A stretch of 64,000 nt of DNA, from NCBI RefSeq assembly GCF_009914755.1, contig NC_060925.1. One strand, written 5' to 3'. Below, piece by piece: positions 12,401-26,662 of this stretch. The first letter of the stretch is position 1; every line of letters begins with the position of its first letter. The notes under the pieces are model-generated. The model saw only the letters and a list, made by a program, of their open reading frames with translations. It did not search any database and was not told the DNA's origin. The translations under genes and the position numbers were made by a program. Source of the stretch: the human T2T-CHM13v2.0 reference genome, Homo sapiens.

Positions 12401-14679
12401 AGCGTTCTGGCCTGAAATGCAGTGGGAGCTCTGGTGCAGGTGTAGCCGAGGCTCAGGGGCTCCACACCAGGCAAATAGGCGAACGGCGTCTCCCGCGGCT
12501 CCCAGTGGCTTTTTAGGACTCTGCGTTCGTGTTCTCCATTGTCCCTGGCAGCCCCTGGCCAGGGTGGCCCAGTGCCCACTATAGAGGGTGCAGGTCAGTT
12601 TGTGGACCAATGGCCAACCAGGCTGAGTCAGGTGAGGTGGGGAGTCCCACCCCAAACCCCAAACTCCAGTGTCTGGGCCACGGGCAGCCCTGGGACACCT
12701 TAGCTCTGGACACGAATTTGCGGTCATTGCTGTTCTTGTGTCTCTATTTGCCTAGGACATGCTGGCAGCTAACTGGGTGCTGGGGAAGCCTGGAGAGGAA
12801 GCCAGGTGGCCCCAGGCTCCTGGAGCTCAGAATCTAGTGGAAATCGCTGCCCAGGGAAGAAGCTCCGGAGTCTAGAGGTGGCAGCACCCATTTTACCTGC
12901 ACCCTCAGTGACAGCTGCACCCTGGCTTCTGGGGACCTCTGGGCCCAAGGGCACCTCACTGTCTCCTTGTCCTCCTGGTCACTGACCTGGGCCACCATAG
13001 AAGGCACCTGGCTATCTGCATGTGGCTTGACCACTGCCTTGCACCCATCCGGGCCCCGCAGGGCCGTCCTGTGGCACTGCTTTGGGCTGTGCTGGTCACC
13101 CTGTGTAGCGGGGCCATGTCCAGTGAACAGGAGAGGCCTCAAGTGCCCCCTGACCTGCTGCCAGGGACTCGGCCCCTCCCTCACCGCCACCGCACCCAAG
13201 GGCTGTCGCCTGTCCCAGCCTGCTGCTCCGAGTTTAGTGTTTTAAAACGTGTTTTCTACGTCTTGTCAGAGTGCTCAAGGCGCGAGATTGCCATGGAAAC
13301 TGAGCTCCTTAGAATTCCTGTGGCCGTCCTAATTATAGAATCTCAAAGACACGCACAGAGCTCCTTGAGGTTGTCGGAGTTAAGGCTGAAAGAGGAGGAG
13401 CGGCCCCTGTGATCCCCACAATTTTGTTCCCTGCTTGCTTCAGCAGAGCCTGGCACCCAGGGAGGTGGCAGGATGGGTCCCCAATGGGCACGTGACATCG
13501 AGCCAGCTCTGACTCCAAAGCCTGACCCGTGTGGCTGCACCGTCCACTGTGCGCTGTCCACTGCAGGAGACCCCAGGCTGTGTCCACACGTACCCCCGGA
13601 AGGACCTCCTGCTAACCTGGGCTTGACTTTGAGACCCTGTTCCACAGAGGTAGCCGGGGGACTCGCGGTGCCAGGCCCACAGCCTCCTCGCCGGTAGTAT
13701 CTGGGGGCCAGGGGCCGTTTCCAGAGCACACTCCCCAGAAGGGCTCCCTTCTCCTTTTCACAGCGCTGTCTGTCGCTTAGGTCAGAAATAGGCCCATCGC
13801 TTTCCAAGCAGAAACCCAAACACTGAAAATTCGACTGTGACTTTTGAGGGGTGGGGACCGCCAGGTCCCCCCAACATCCCTGCCTGCGGGCCCAGAAAGG
13901 CAGAGTGGCTGCCGGCCCGCGTGTCCAGGCCCCTTACACTGAGGGAACCTTCTAGTCAATTGCCTGAAGTTCGAAGGTTTGGGGGGTTTTTGTGGTTGCT
14001 TCCGTTTGTTTTGGCAGTTGCAGAATCCCCCGAAAAGGTGGGAATGTGGATTTTTCAAGGCAGGTGCTCCTTTGATTCAGAAGCTAAGGAGGCCCTAAGT
14101 GCAGTCTCACCTTGAGAAAAATATCAGGCCAGTCCTAACGGAGGGGCGTCCTGCAGACACCCAGCCTGCACTCAGAACTGTCACGGTCAGAAAGCACGGT
14201 CAGAAAGTCTGAGAAAGTCACGGTGCAGCAGGGCCCGAGAGGCAAGACGGTGACACGTGGGCTCCTGGAAGAGGCAGGATGGTGACACGTGGGCTCCAGG
14301 ACAGGACCCTGGGGCGGACGCAGACAGTGGGTGAAAACCAAGGAAAGGTCTGAATATCGCTTAAGGTAGCCATGGATCCTGTCTCATTAATTGTAACAGT
14401 GTAGCAGGCGGGTGGAAGATGAGAGCTGTGGGGAGCCAGGCAGGGGGGGTCTCTGGGAACTCTCCAATTTAAAGCTGTTCTTAAAAATAGTCTATTAAAA
14501 AAGACAGTTGAGGGCGGCCCTGCCTACAGCTGGAGTTGAGGTTCTAGCACCAGGCTTCCTCTCAGCCTCCATAGGCGAGTAGGGACCAGGCAGGGCCTTG
14601 GCCACAGGGAGGCTTCTGGTTACCAGGTTCTCCACAGCCTTTGCAGTTTCCCTGTGAATCTGAAATTACCCCCAAATAA

Positions 14680-15005
<326 letters not shown>

Positions 15006-15287
15006 AAAAGGTGTATTTGTTAAGTACAGGCTGCCCTGCTGTCCGTTATCCCTTATAACTCACCTGGTCCCTGCTTTCCAGCTGGGGACTGGCATGGACC
15101 CCATGGGGCTTCCCCCATTTCACTGAGGCAAGACCCAGATGCTGGGGGTATTGGGTGTCCTGCCCAACCAGGGTCCCCAGGGCCAGGGGCTCCTGGCGTG
15201 CCTTCCCGTGGGACTCCGCATGGGGGGCTGGGAGGGCGAGGAAAATGGGAAACATGATGCCTGCCCAAAACTCCCACCTCGGAGACC

Positions 15288-15660
15288 CTGTGCCAGGGTT
15301 TTCCAGAGAGACCAAACCAATAGGGTGTGTGTATAGAAAGATCTATTGTAAGGAACTGGCTTGTTCATAGAGACTTATGAAGCCCAAAATCTACAGGGGG
15401 CCCAGCAGGCTGGAGACCTAGGAGGAGCCACAGCCGCAGCACTGCTGCTTAGGGAGCTCAGCCTTTGCTCTGTGGAGGCCTTTTTCTGCTTGGGTGAGGC
15501 CCACCTGCATTGTGGTGGGCAGTCTGCTTCCCCCAAAGTCAGCTGATTTAAATGTTTATCTCATCCATACTCACCCTCATGGAAACATCCAGGATAACAT
15601 TTGACCAGCCGTCTGGGCACCATGGCCCAGCCGCGTGGACACATACAGTGAACCATTGCA
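15288..15660 (-). mobile_element. MLT2-type (ERVL) LTR
   Basis: cagggttttccagagagaccaaaccaatagg ... atttaaatgtttatctcatcc ... aaccattgca. Confidence 0.7.
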
Positions 15661-15703
15661 GGCCCTTCCTTGGCACTTGGCATCCACGCATATCCCCTTA
15701 AGC

Positions 15704-15782
15704 CACACTCAGTCTCCACACAGCAGTACTCCCGCCTGACACACTCGGTCTCCACACACAGCAGTACTCCCGCCTGACACAG
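15704..15782. repeat. Two-copy ~37-bp tandem duplication
   Basis: cacactc(a/g)gtctccacacagcagtactcccgcctgaca twice. Confidence 0.85.
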
Positions 15783-16122
15783 TTCGACCCTCCCGCAAGC
15801 AGTGCCAGCACACTTGGCCTTCCCAGAAGAGGGCCACCATCATGGGCTCGGACCTTCCAGCTGGACTGCAGTGGGGTGGGGCGTGGCCTCGCCTCTGTGG
15901 TCTTTGGGTCACTTGAATCCCCGCCTCTCACTCATTTTCCTTTGGTATTTGCAAATTTGTCCCCGTGGCGCCTGGAGCTGACTGCCGGGTGCCACATGTG
16001 TCCTGCCTCAAGCCAAGCTCCAGGCGGCACCCGTGAGCAGGCAGGGATGCCAGTGGTTTCTCACCTGGGAGTTTCTTTGCAGGCTCAGAGCTCTTTGTTC
16101 CTTTTTAAAAATCTGATTTGAA

Positions 16123-16222
16123 GGCCGGGCACAGTGGCTCACACCTGTAATCTCAGCACTTTGGGAGGCCGAAGTGGGCATATCGCCTGAGGTCAGGCGT
16201 TGGAGACCAGCCTGGGCAACAC
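16123..16222 (+). mobile_element. Alu left-arm fragment
   Basis: ggccgggcacagtggctcacacctgtaatc ... agaccagcctgggcaaca. Confidence 0.85.
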
Positions 16223-16608
16223 AGGTTGGGGCAACTCCCTTCCCTAATAAAAGTTCAAAACCAACCCTTAAAGTTTAAAAAGTGAGATGGGATATTTGAA
16301 GGAGGCAGGTCTGAGGGAAATGCTTGAAATTATCCTCTCTGTCCCTGTGCTGCCAGGTCATTTAGTTCCATTGTTATTCAACATACCATTTGACACATGC
16401 TAGGAGCGCAGGACTCGGCAATATAAAGCGTGGTAATCGATGGACACTGCCCCCGGCAGCCAGCCAGGGGCAGGACTTAAGCCCCACCCAACTGCAGGCT
16501 GTCCCCCGCTGCTGCTAGCCTGAAGTTGGATTGGTTACTGCTGCGGCCTGAAATTGGATTGGTTATTTGCTTACTGGAACATTTTTGTCACATGACTGTG
16601 TATTCTAA

Positions 16609-16908
<300 letters not shown>

Positions 16909-17624
16909 TATTGGGTTTGTTTGTTTGTTTTTTGACTTACTTGTTTGGTTCTATAGCAATGGCACCATGTTTCTGTCACCCTAGGGTTTGATTTTTGGTG
17001 TTTCTAAGACACCTCTGGGCCACTGCACATGGCTGAGGTGGGCTTCGCACTGGCTCTGTCTTCCGTTGGACGCCCACACATCGGTTTATTTATGCATTCT
17101 CTTGTCCACAGACCTTGAGGTCATCAGACATCTTGAATGCTCCCGAGCCCAGGAGCGAGCGTTTCTGAGCTTTGACGGAGCAGCAGTGGGGCTGCCGGGC
17201 CCTAGGGGGAGCAAATGGTCCTCGTTTCTGAGCTGCGAGGCTCTCCCAGAGAATAAGCCATTTCTCCGGGGCACTCCTGGGCCTCGAAGGTGTTTGGGGC
17301 TGCGGGGGATTGATTTGTGCCGACCCCGCAGTGTAGGAGACGCCTGGGCGGCCTTGCGGGTTGCTTCGATGGTTCTCGGGGCTGAGATGCTTGTGTCTCT
17401 CTCGGGCGAGACGCCTGCTCTGGGCTTCTGTTCCTATTTTGACTGCTTTTTCCTCATGGATTTTTCAGTCCAGCATCCCTAGCCACGGGCCCTTTGTCTC
17501 TCATGTGTGCAGGTGACTCACGGTGACTAAAATCTTCTGTAATTCCTTCTAAAATGTTTTGCCGCTTTGCTGTCCACGTTTCCACCCTTAGTCTCTGAGG
17601 GGCCTAGTGTGTGTATGGTGGGAA

Positions 17625-17800
17625 GCGGGGTCAGCCCCCGCCTGGACCGCTGTGACAGAACCCCACAGACAGGGTGACTTACACACGACAGAAACGTCTT
17701 TTCTCAAGTTCTGGAGGCGTGGGGACCCCATCTCCAAATACAGCCACATTGGGGGTTAGGGCTCCCCACGTGAATTTAGGGGACACTTCAGTTCGTCCCG
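17625..17800 (-). mobile_element. Internally deleted MLT1-type LTR fragment
   Basis: gttctggaggc and ccccatctccaaatacagccacattgggggttagggct motifs. Confidence 0.6.
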
Positions 17801-17999
17801 GCGGGGACTGGGGACGCCGGGCTGTGTGCTGTGTCCTGTGGGAGAGTTTGTTCACCCTGCTGGAGGCTCCCTGATGAGCCCTGGCGTCTGCTAGGACGTC
17901 ATTCTCTTTACTGATTGAACTCGAAGGATGTCCAGTTGGCGCATTTTCAGGGTTTCCCAGGCGCACTGGGGGTGGGTCCTGTGTGTCCCCGCTCCAGCC

Positions 18000-18502
18000 A
18001 GCTTCGACCCCCAGCTGTGCGTCAGTCCCTCAGCTCCGCCCCCCAGCTGCGCGGCCGTCCCTCGGCTCCGCCCCACAGCTGTGTGACCGCCCTGCGGCTC
18101 CGCCCGCAGCTGCACGTTCGTCCCTCGGCTCCGCCCCCAGTTGCTCGTCGGTTCCCTCGGCTCCGCCCCCTCGGCTGTGCGTCTGGCCCTCAGCTCCACC
18201 CCCAGCTGCGCGTCCGTTCCTCAGCTCAGTCCCCAAGCTGTGCGTCCTTCCCTCAGCTCTACCCCCAGCTGTGCGCCCGCCCCTTGGTTCCACCCCCCTC
18301 CCCAGCTGTGCGCCCGCCCCTTGGTTCCACCCCCCCCAGCTGTGCATCCGTCCCTTGGCTCCGCCCCGCACTGTGCGTCCATTTTTGACTCCGCCCCCGG
18401 CTGTGCGCTCATCCCTCGGCTCCGCCCCCGGCTGTGCGTCCGTCCCTCGGTTCCGCCCCCGGCTGCGCGTCTGTCCCTCGACTCGGCCCCTCAGCTGTGC
18501 GC
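18000..18502. promoter_or_regulatory. CpG-rich ~31-bp minisatellite (~16 units) of GC boxes (CTCCGCCCC) plus E-boxes (CAGCTG); candidate intragenic promoter/enhancer
   Basis: Consensus about CCCTCGGCTCCGCCCCCAGCTGTGCGTCCGT; reverse complement GGGGCGGAGC is an Sp/KLF site. The repeat is certain; the regulatory role is inferred. Confidence 0.6.
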
Positions 18503-20061
18503 CACTTTCTCTGTGGCCCACAGTACCTCCGTCTCCGCCGCTTCACACCCTTCTCTTTCTTTCTCTCTTCAGAGAGGGTTGTTGGGCAGGCAGAGCATCC
18601 CCCGAGGGGACAAGTCAGGCCTACGGACTCCTGGAGCCAGGACCTGCCGTAGGCTGGTTAGGGCAGGATGCGCCCTGTCTTCGTGGGTAGAGCCACATGA
18701 GGGGTCACCCGACCCCCTCAGGGCTGAGGGGCACAGGGGCCGAAAGTGTGGCCGCCCCTGGGGGTCTGCGCCTCTTGTGGAGCCCAGGCCTGGCGCCCAG
18801 GTGGGTGGAGTGTGGAGGGGGCACAGGCTGCACGACCCCAGCCTGGCCTCGGGCTTGCTGGGAGTCGCGTCTGTGGCCGGAGGGGCCTTTGGTGTCACCA
18901 GGCCTCTGTCAAACCCCAAGCCGCATCCTGGGAGGGCTGGGTGGGCTGAGCCGCCCGCTGCCGTGAGGCCTCTTTGACCTGCGCTCCTGGAGGACCCCTG
19001 ACTTCTTGGTTTCGCTCTGAATCTTCCATTTAAAGGAAGAGGAGCAGGTTTTACCATCCGTGTGGCCTGATTTCAGCAGTTTCCAGTCAGGGCTAGTCAT
19101 TTGCTTGTTTTAAAAACATTCCGTTACAATTTCCACTTCAGTATATTTGTGGCACTTTCATTTGGTTCATGAAAGTCGCTTTTATGATGGAATTTTATAA
19201 AAGCACAAAGCTTCCCATTGTACGTTCCGTTTCTGAAGATTCTGTTTACACACACATCCGTTTCAAAGAGTTTTGGAGGAGCAAAGTGGGACACGGTGTT
19301 GAGGAAGGATAAGACCAGTCGTCTGGTTACAGGCTTGGTGCCGCCTTTCTCATAAGAGGCACAGTCCGCATGGGCTGGACTGTCAAATGCATGTTATAAA
19401 GATGATGTTTTTGGTAACTTGCGAATGGAAACGGGTGCACGGTCGGTTTGGCTCTCCTGCCCTGAGATTTATTAGGTTAAAGGAAACTCGACTGGAGAGC
19501 CCGGGGCCTCGCGCCGCTTGCGTCTGGCGAGTTGTTGAAGTGAAGTCAGTGGCGCTCTGCACCTTAGCCTGGCCCAGGCTCCACTGTGGCGTCCACTCTT
19601 CCTCCTCTGACAGTCATGTGTAAATATTGAGGCCCGTTTGAACTATCCCTGTGCGGAAAAAAAGGCCTGTTTTTCACAGGGCTGCCTGGGGAGGAGGGGG
19701 GTGGAAAGGAAAACAGGCAGGGGACAGACGGACCCGGCCTGCGTTGGCCTGGGGTGACTTCACGGCTCCACTGTCAGCAAGCGGCCGTCCCGTGGTGGAT
19801 CCTGTCCGCCCTGCGAGGACACCTGGCTCCATCCACACCTGGGCCTCTGTCTCCAGCCGCCGAGGCCGTGACACCATGAGGATCATGTGAGGAGGGGCAG
19901 AGAGAGGCCTCCGGGAGGCCGTCATTCCAGCCCTGCCTTCCCTGCCTGGGAGGACGCTGCGGCCGCCACCACCTGGACGGGAGTGGCCTGTCGCAGCTGC
20001 ACCCTGCGTGGGCTCGTGGCTGCCACGCTGTTTCTTTACACCTTTCTCATATCCTTTCCAG

Positions 20062-20147
20062 AATCTATCTACCGCCGGGGAGCCAGAAGATGGAGGAAGC
20101 TGTACCGTGCCAACGGCCACCTCTTCCAAGCCAAGCGCTTTAACAGG
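20062..20147 (+). CDS. PRKCZ: PRKCZ exon 5 (pseudosubstrate [13 protein letters not shown] and start of C1 domain); 5'UTR in PKM-zeta mRNA
   Basis: Acceptor tttccag|AATCT, donor AGG|gtgagt; 86 nt; translates (K)[28 protein letters not shown], the aPKC pseudosubstrate (ZIP peptide sequence). Confidence 0.98.
20090..20143 (+). other. Out-of-frame uORF ([17 protein letters not shown]) in the PKM-zeta leader, inside exon 5
   Basis: AAGATGG context (A at -3, G at +4); TAA at 20141-20143. Confidence 0.65.
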
Positions 20148-21589
20148 GTGAGTGGCCCCCTTGGGACTAGTCCCTCAAGGGGCCTTTTGTTACTTTTAAA
20201 AGCAAAGAGAGAGGAGGGGAGGCACGTCCCGCTGAGCCCAGGCTGGGCTCTTTTTGGCGCCCGAGGGCAAGGTTACAGAAATGCTTTCTCTGGTGCAGGA
20301 TGAGGCTTTGACTAGGGCTGTCTGAGGCGGGAAGTGCCCTCCGGGCCTTTCCCTGCGTGGTGGCTGCCCAGTGAATGCTGTCTGTGTCTGCCTGGCTGTG
20401 TGACTCTTATCAGGGCTCAGGGCTCACTGGCCTGAGGCCCCAGCCTGCCTGCATCCAGAGTGGGGCGGCCGCATTCCATCCGCATGTAGCGCCAGGGTGT
20501 GTGTTTTCAGCCGCACACAGTGTTGCCTAGTAGCTAAGAGTCTCCGTGAACCCTGGAAGCTCCTTCAGCCCCATCCCTGCTTGGGCCTCTGTCTTCCCAG
20601 CGGCCACCCACGGGGGCCCTTTCCAGAGGACACTTAGCTTATTTTCCTTGTTTCTCTTTATGATGCTTTTCTAGTTCCTATGAAATGGGTGATTCAGATG
20701 CTTTTGTAATTGTTCTGTTTCACAGTGGAAGGGGAGGTGTCTGGGTGTGCCTTGGTGGCCCTGGAGTTGGTCCCACACAGGGAGTGTCTTGGGGGTGCGT
20801 GGAAGTATACAGGGCCTGTCCCCACTGCGGGACTCCACACAGAGCCCCTGACAGCCCCTCACAGGAGCGGTGGCCCTGGGGCTACCTTTGCATTCCACAC
20901 TCACCTGCCACGTGGCCTCACGTGTCAACCTCCGCTGGGTGTACGGCACCTCTGTCTCCTGGAGCGGCCTCAAGTCACCTGCCCCTCCTTCTACTCCCAT
21001 GGTCTGCCCTCTAGACCATCAGGAAGTTCTGTTCATGTGAGCCACTCCTCCTGCCCCTGCGTGTGCTCGGTCCCTGTCATGTGGCAAGAGTGGGTCTGGA
21101 CTCCCATTCCTCTTGGGGCTAACACAGGTGAGGATGCAGGACAAGCTCCTGAGTGACTGAAGAGGGGTGTGGTGGGAACTAGGCTCCAGGAGATGAGCAG
21201 GTCAGCACTAGGAAGACCTGGACATTGCCTGGAGAGCCCAGAGGACTTCCTGGAGGAGGAGGCATCTGATCATACTGCCTGGGAGGTCAGTGCAGAGGAG
21301 ATGCCAGGAGCACCGAGGATGTGGCAGGCACGGGAGAGTCCAGCCAGTGTCTGGGAGGCCCTGAGGACGAGGTTGGGGACACCAGGAAATGGGGAGCCTA
21401 GGCGGCTGTGTGCTTAGGGCAGGTGGGTGTGGGTGAACAGGCAGTTTGGCTCAGGCTGGGACTCAGGAGAGTGTGGCTGGAGGTGGCCACATTGGGAATA
21501 TCTGTGGAGTATGGTGCCAGGGAGTGTTGCAGCACAGAGATCCCGTCCGCACCCCAGCCCACCCTGGCCGCCTTTTCTGAGGACACACG

Positions 21590-22460
21590 TTGTGAGTCTT
21601 CTGGGGCTGCAGAACACAGCACCACTAACTGGCAGCTTAAACAATGGAAACTTGCTCTCCGGCAGTCTGGGGCTGGAAGTCCAAAACGAAGGTGTCTTTA
21701 TGAGTCAGGGTTCTCCAGAGGGATGGTACCAATGGGATGCATGTACATGAAAGGGAGTTGATTAGGGAGAACTGGCCCTCGGGCGCACAAGACGAAGTCT
21801 TACGATAGGCCAGCTGCAGGCTGGGGAAGAAAGAAGCCAGCAGTGGCTCACTCCGAGTCCAAAAGCCTCAGAAGCAGGGAAGCCGACAGTGCAGCCTTCA
21901 GCCTCTGCCAGAGGCTCCAGAGCCCCCGGCAAACCACTAATAAGTCCCGGAGTCTAAAGGCCCAAGAACCTGGAATCTGATGTCCCAGGGTAGGACGAGT
22001 GGCAGGAAGCATCCAGCATGGGAGAAAGATGAAAGCCAGAAGACCCAGGAAAACTGCTTCTCCCACCTGCTTCCACCTGCTTTGCCCCAGCCGCACTGGC
22101 AGCTGATTGGACGCCACCGCCCACCCACATTGAGGGTGGGTCTTGCCCTCCCAGTCCACTGACTCAAATACCAGTCTCAGGGCAGCGCCCTCATAGACAC
22201 ACCCAGATGCAATACTTCACCAGTTCTCTAGGCATCCTTCAACCCAGTCAAGTCGGCGCCTGGTGTTACCCATTACAGTGCCGCAGGGCTGCGCCCTCCT
22301 TCCCCCGCAGCCACTGGTAGCTGCGGGCAGCCTTGTTCCTGTGCTGGCAGAGGAACCACTCACCTCTGTTTCCGTCTCCACATGGCCTCCTCTGTATCTG
22401 TCTCTTCTGTCATTCTGCATGACGGATTAGCCCAGAGTGAACCCTACCCACCCAGTGACA
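21590..22460 (-). mobile_element. MLT1-type LTR with nested MLT2B-type LTR (~21692-22277)
   Basis: Outer: gcttaaacaatggaaact..ggctggaagtccaa. Inner: gtcagggttctccagaggg..gtccactgactcaaat..cccattaca. Confidence 0.7.
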
Positions 22461-23453
22461 TGGGCCAGGGCTCCGGGCAGCACAGGGTGTGGCCTCTCAC
22501 TGTGCAGCTTTGAGGAGAAAAGTCCATTCTGCTGATGGCAGGTGCAGACCATAAGTGACCCTCCCCCTCCCCACCACCACCAGTGAGCAAAAGCTTTTCC
22601 TTTCCTTCCTGCAGACACTGGAGGAAAGGGTGGCAGGTGGACCCACCACAGCCCCGCTCTGCTGTGGAGGTACAGCCCTTCTGGGCGTGTGAACGAGCCA
22701 GTTTCACAAACACAGAGGCCAAGGCGAGAGTGGCCCGAAAGCCTGCAACCTGACTGCTCAGGGAGGGCGGCTGCCCTGCAGTTCAGCCTGTCCGATTCCC
22801 GCCTAATTGTGCCCGGGCTCTGATCTCGCCACCTGCTCGTAACGTTCTCTGTCCGGACCTCAGAGCCGCTCCATGTAGTGCTCACTTCATGTTAATTGCA
22901 GGACCACTCAGATCACCTCTGCTGTCACTTAAAAGGGGCATTTCAGGAGGAAAGCACTTGGTTTTGTGTGAATCAGTAAGACTTAAAGGGGAACAAGCAC
23001 CCAGGAGAAGAGAGACTTTTCCGTCCTCTTTGTTGGTGAAGCGAGGATGAAAGAGTGGGCATCCGTCGCTGGGGACTGGGCTCCCCGCCCAGCTCTTTCT
23101 GTGCACTTGAAAGCACTGCCCTTGGACTTTGAGAAGGAAGCGTTCAGTGGGGGAGCCAAAGGGAGAGAGCCAGCGAGGTTCTGAAGAAGGAGGTGAGGAG
23201 GGGCTGCCTCCTCCATGAAGGATGGTGCCGGGGGTGGCAGGGAAGCCCACTCAGTGGAACAGAACTGCTGGGTCAGAGCTGGCCCAGGGCTGAGCACTTC
23301 TTGCAGAGGAGGGAAGGGATCCTCCAGTAAATCCTGAGGAGGTGATTGGTTAATTATCAGCCCAGGAATGGGGGGTGAGGTGGGTAGGAATCCAGGCTGC
23401 TGGCTCCCATCACAGTAAACGGCAGGTGGATTGAGGTTAAAAAAAAATCACAG

Positions 23454-23741
23454 GGCCCGGCGCAGTGGCTCACGCCTGTAATCCCAGCACTTTGGGAGGC
23501 CGAGATGGGTGATCGCTTGAGGCCAGGAGTTCAAGATCCATCTGGCCAACATGGTGAAACCCATCTGTACTAAAAATACAAAAATTAGCCAGGCGTGGTG
23601 GCACGTGCCTGTAATCCCAGCTACTCAGGAGTCTGAGGCAGGAGAATCACTTGAACCCAGGAGGCGGGGGTTGCGGTGAGCTGAGATTGTGCCACTGGGC
23701 GACAGAGTGAGACTCCGTCTCAAATAAATAAAAAGAAGAAA
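23454..23741 (+). mobile_element. Alu (AluS-like)
   Basis: Full forward Alu. Confidence 0.92.
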
Positions 23742-24107
23742 CCTAGAAGCTGTGCAGATCTCTGGAGAAAAACCGGGCAGTGAGGACCAGAGGGTCTTTA
23801 GACTCAGCCACACAGAATTTTCAGATTTTTTCAGTTTCCAAATTAAATGCAAAAAACATACAGGAAAGGGGTTTGTAGCACGTAAAACCCAGAAGAGATC
23901 CAGACATCTCACACTTAGAATTGAAGAGCTCCTACACAAAGGCTTTTGGTAAATGCTGGGACCGAGAAGCTGAGAACCGGTGTGAATGGTTAATGAAGTA
24001 AGACTGTAATTGTTTAGAGATGAGGACAGCATGACCTCCACAGGTGATCAGGGAAACACAAGACATTTTCTCTGTCAACATCAAAGATGTTAAAAGTAAT
24101 TAAAGCC

Positions 24108-24419
24108 GGCCGGGCGTGGTGGCTCACGCCTGTAATTCCAGCACTTTGGGAGGCCGAGGTGGGTGGATCACGAGGTCAGCAGTTCAAGACCAGCCTGGCC
24201 AAGTTGGTGAAACCCCGTGTCTACTAAAAATACAAAAAAAGTAGCCAGGCGTGGTGGTGGGTTCCTCTAATCCCAGCTACTCGGGAGGCTGAGGCAGAGA
24301 ATTGCTTGAACCCGGGAGGCAGAGGTTGTAGTGAGCCGAGATGGCACCACTGCACTCCAGCCTGGGCGACAGAGCAGGACTCTGTCTCAAAACAACACAA
24401 AACAAAAACAAAACAACAA
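24108..24419 (+). mobile_element. Alu (AluS-like) with 16-bp TSD AAAAGTAATTAAAGCC
   Basis: TSD copies at 24092-24107 and 24420-24435. Confidence 0.95.
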
Positions 24420-25010
24420 AAAAGTAATTAAAGCCCAGGGTTGCTGTCATGGGGTCTGCCAACCCTGGGGATGTGGGACAGGCATGGACCCTACTCTCTG
24501 GAAATCACGCAGAAATGTGCAGCGATGTTCCCATCCTGCCTCTCTTCAAAAGAAATCACCCGTCATTCGGAGGTTTGTGTATGGGGAAGATCAGCTCAGC
24601 ATTATTTTTACAAGCAAGAGTGGGAATCGTGTCTGGAGTTAGCTACTCCCTTTGCTGTGAACAACCCACTCCACCACGTGGGGTATAAACCATGGTAGGG
24701 CCACGTCTCTGAGCTGTGGCTGCTGGAGAGCCCTCTGCTGGTGGCACATAGGGCACAAGTGCCGCAGGGACAGCTGGGTGGATGGCCCAAGACTTTGGCC
24801 TTTATCATGAGTGGACAGAGGAGTGACCACTTGGGTCCCTGGAGAAGAGGCTATAGAGAGTGAGGGTGGGGAAGGGAGATCAGAAGATGCCATCCATGAG
24901 CAGCAGTGCCTGTCAGATTTGGTCCAAGCAGTGCCCTCAGGTGGCTGGCAGAGGCCAATGCAATTCCTTTTCAAGCCAGCATCAAAGAATTCCTGATGAT
25001 AAATAAATCA

Positions 25011-25770
<760 letters not shown>

Positions 25771-26077
25771 GGAGGGAGGGAATATGAGCAAGGAACAAGT
25801 TGGCAGCATGTAAGACGTACTTAAAACGTTTTTACCCATTAATCTATGAATTCCTCTGAGTTTCTGAGAATGGAAACTTGGGGTTTAGGTTTTATTTTTT
25901 TAATGTCACATTTCCTGAAATGTTACTATTCAAATATAGATTTGAAACAAGAGCTTTTGACAGAGCTTGGGCAGCCTCACTTACAAAGCACACACGTGAG
26001 GTCTCTGTGGTGGGTGCCAACCCTTGGCAGATTCACACTGCCCTTGTCAGCAGATGTCCTGGCCTGACCCCAGGTAA

Positions 26078-26461
<384 letters not shown>

Positions 26462-26662
26462 TAAAGATACCTGGTGGCTGTGAATTTGGTCTTAACTAGG
26501 ACCGTAGTGTTGCAGAGTAAGATGTTAAATGGTGACCTAGAGAAAGCCAAACACATTAGGCACATTATACCAAAAGAACTTGACTTTTAAATAATGGTTT
26601 TAGAAATGGAAGCTGGTGTTCTTCTGCGCTGTGGACGCGGAGGAGAATGGAGCAGGTCTGCA

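Noticed and set aside
17915-19057. Overlapping 157-278 aa Pro/Ala/Arg-rich ORFs
   Set aside because: GC-rich minisatellite artefacts with no recognisable domain.
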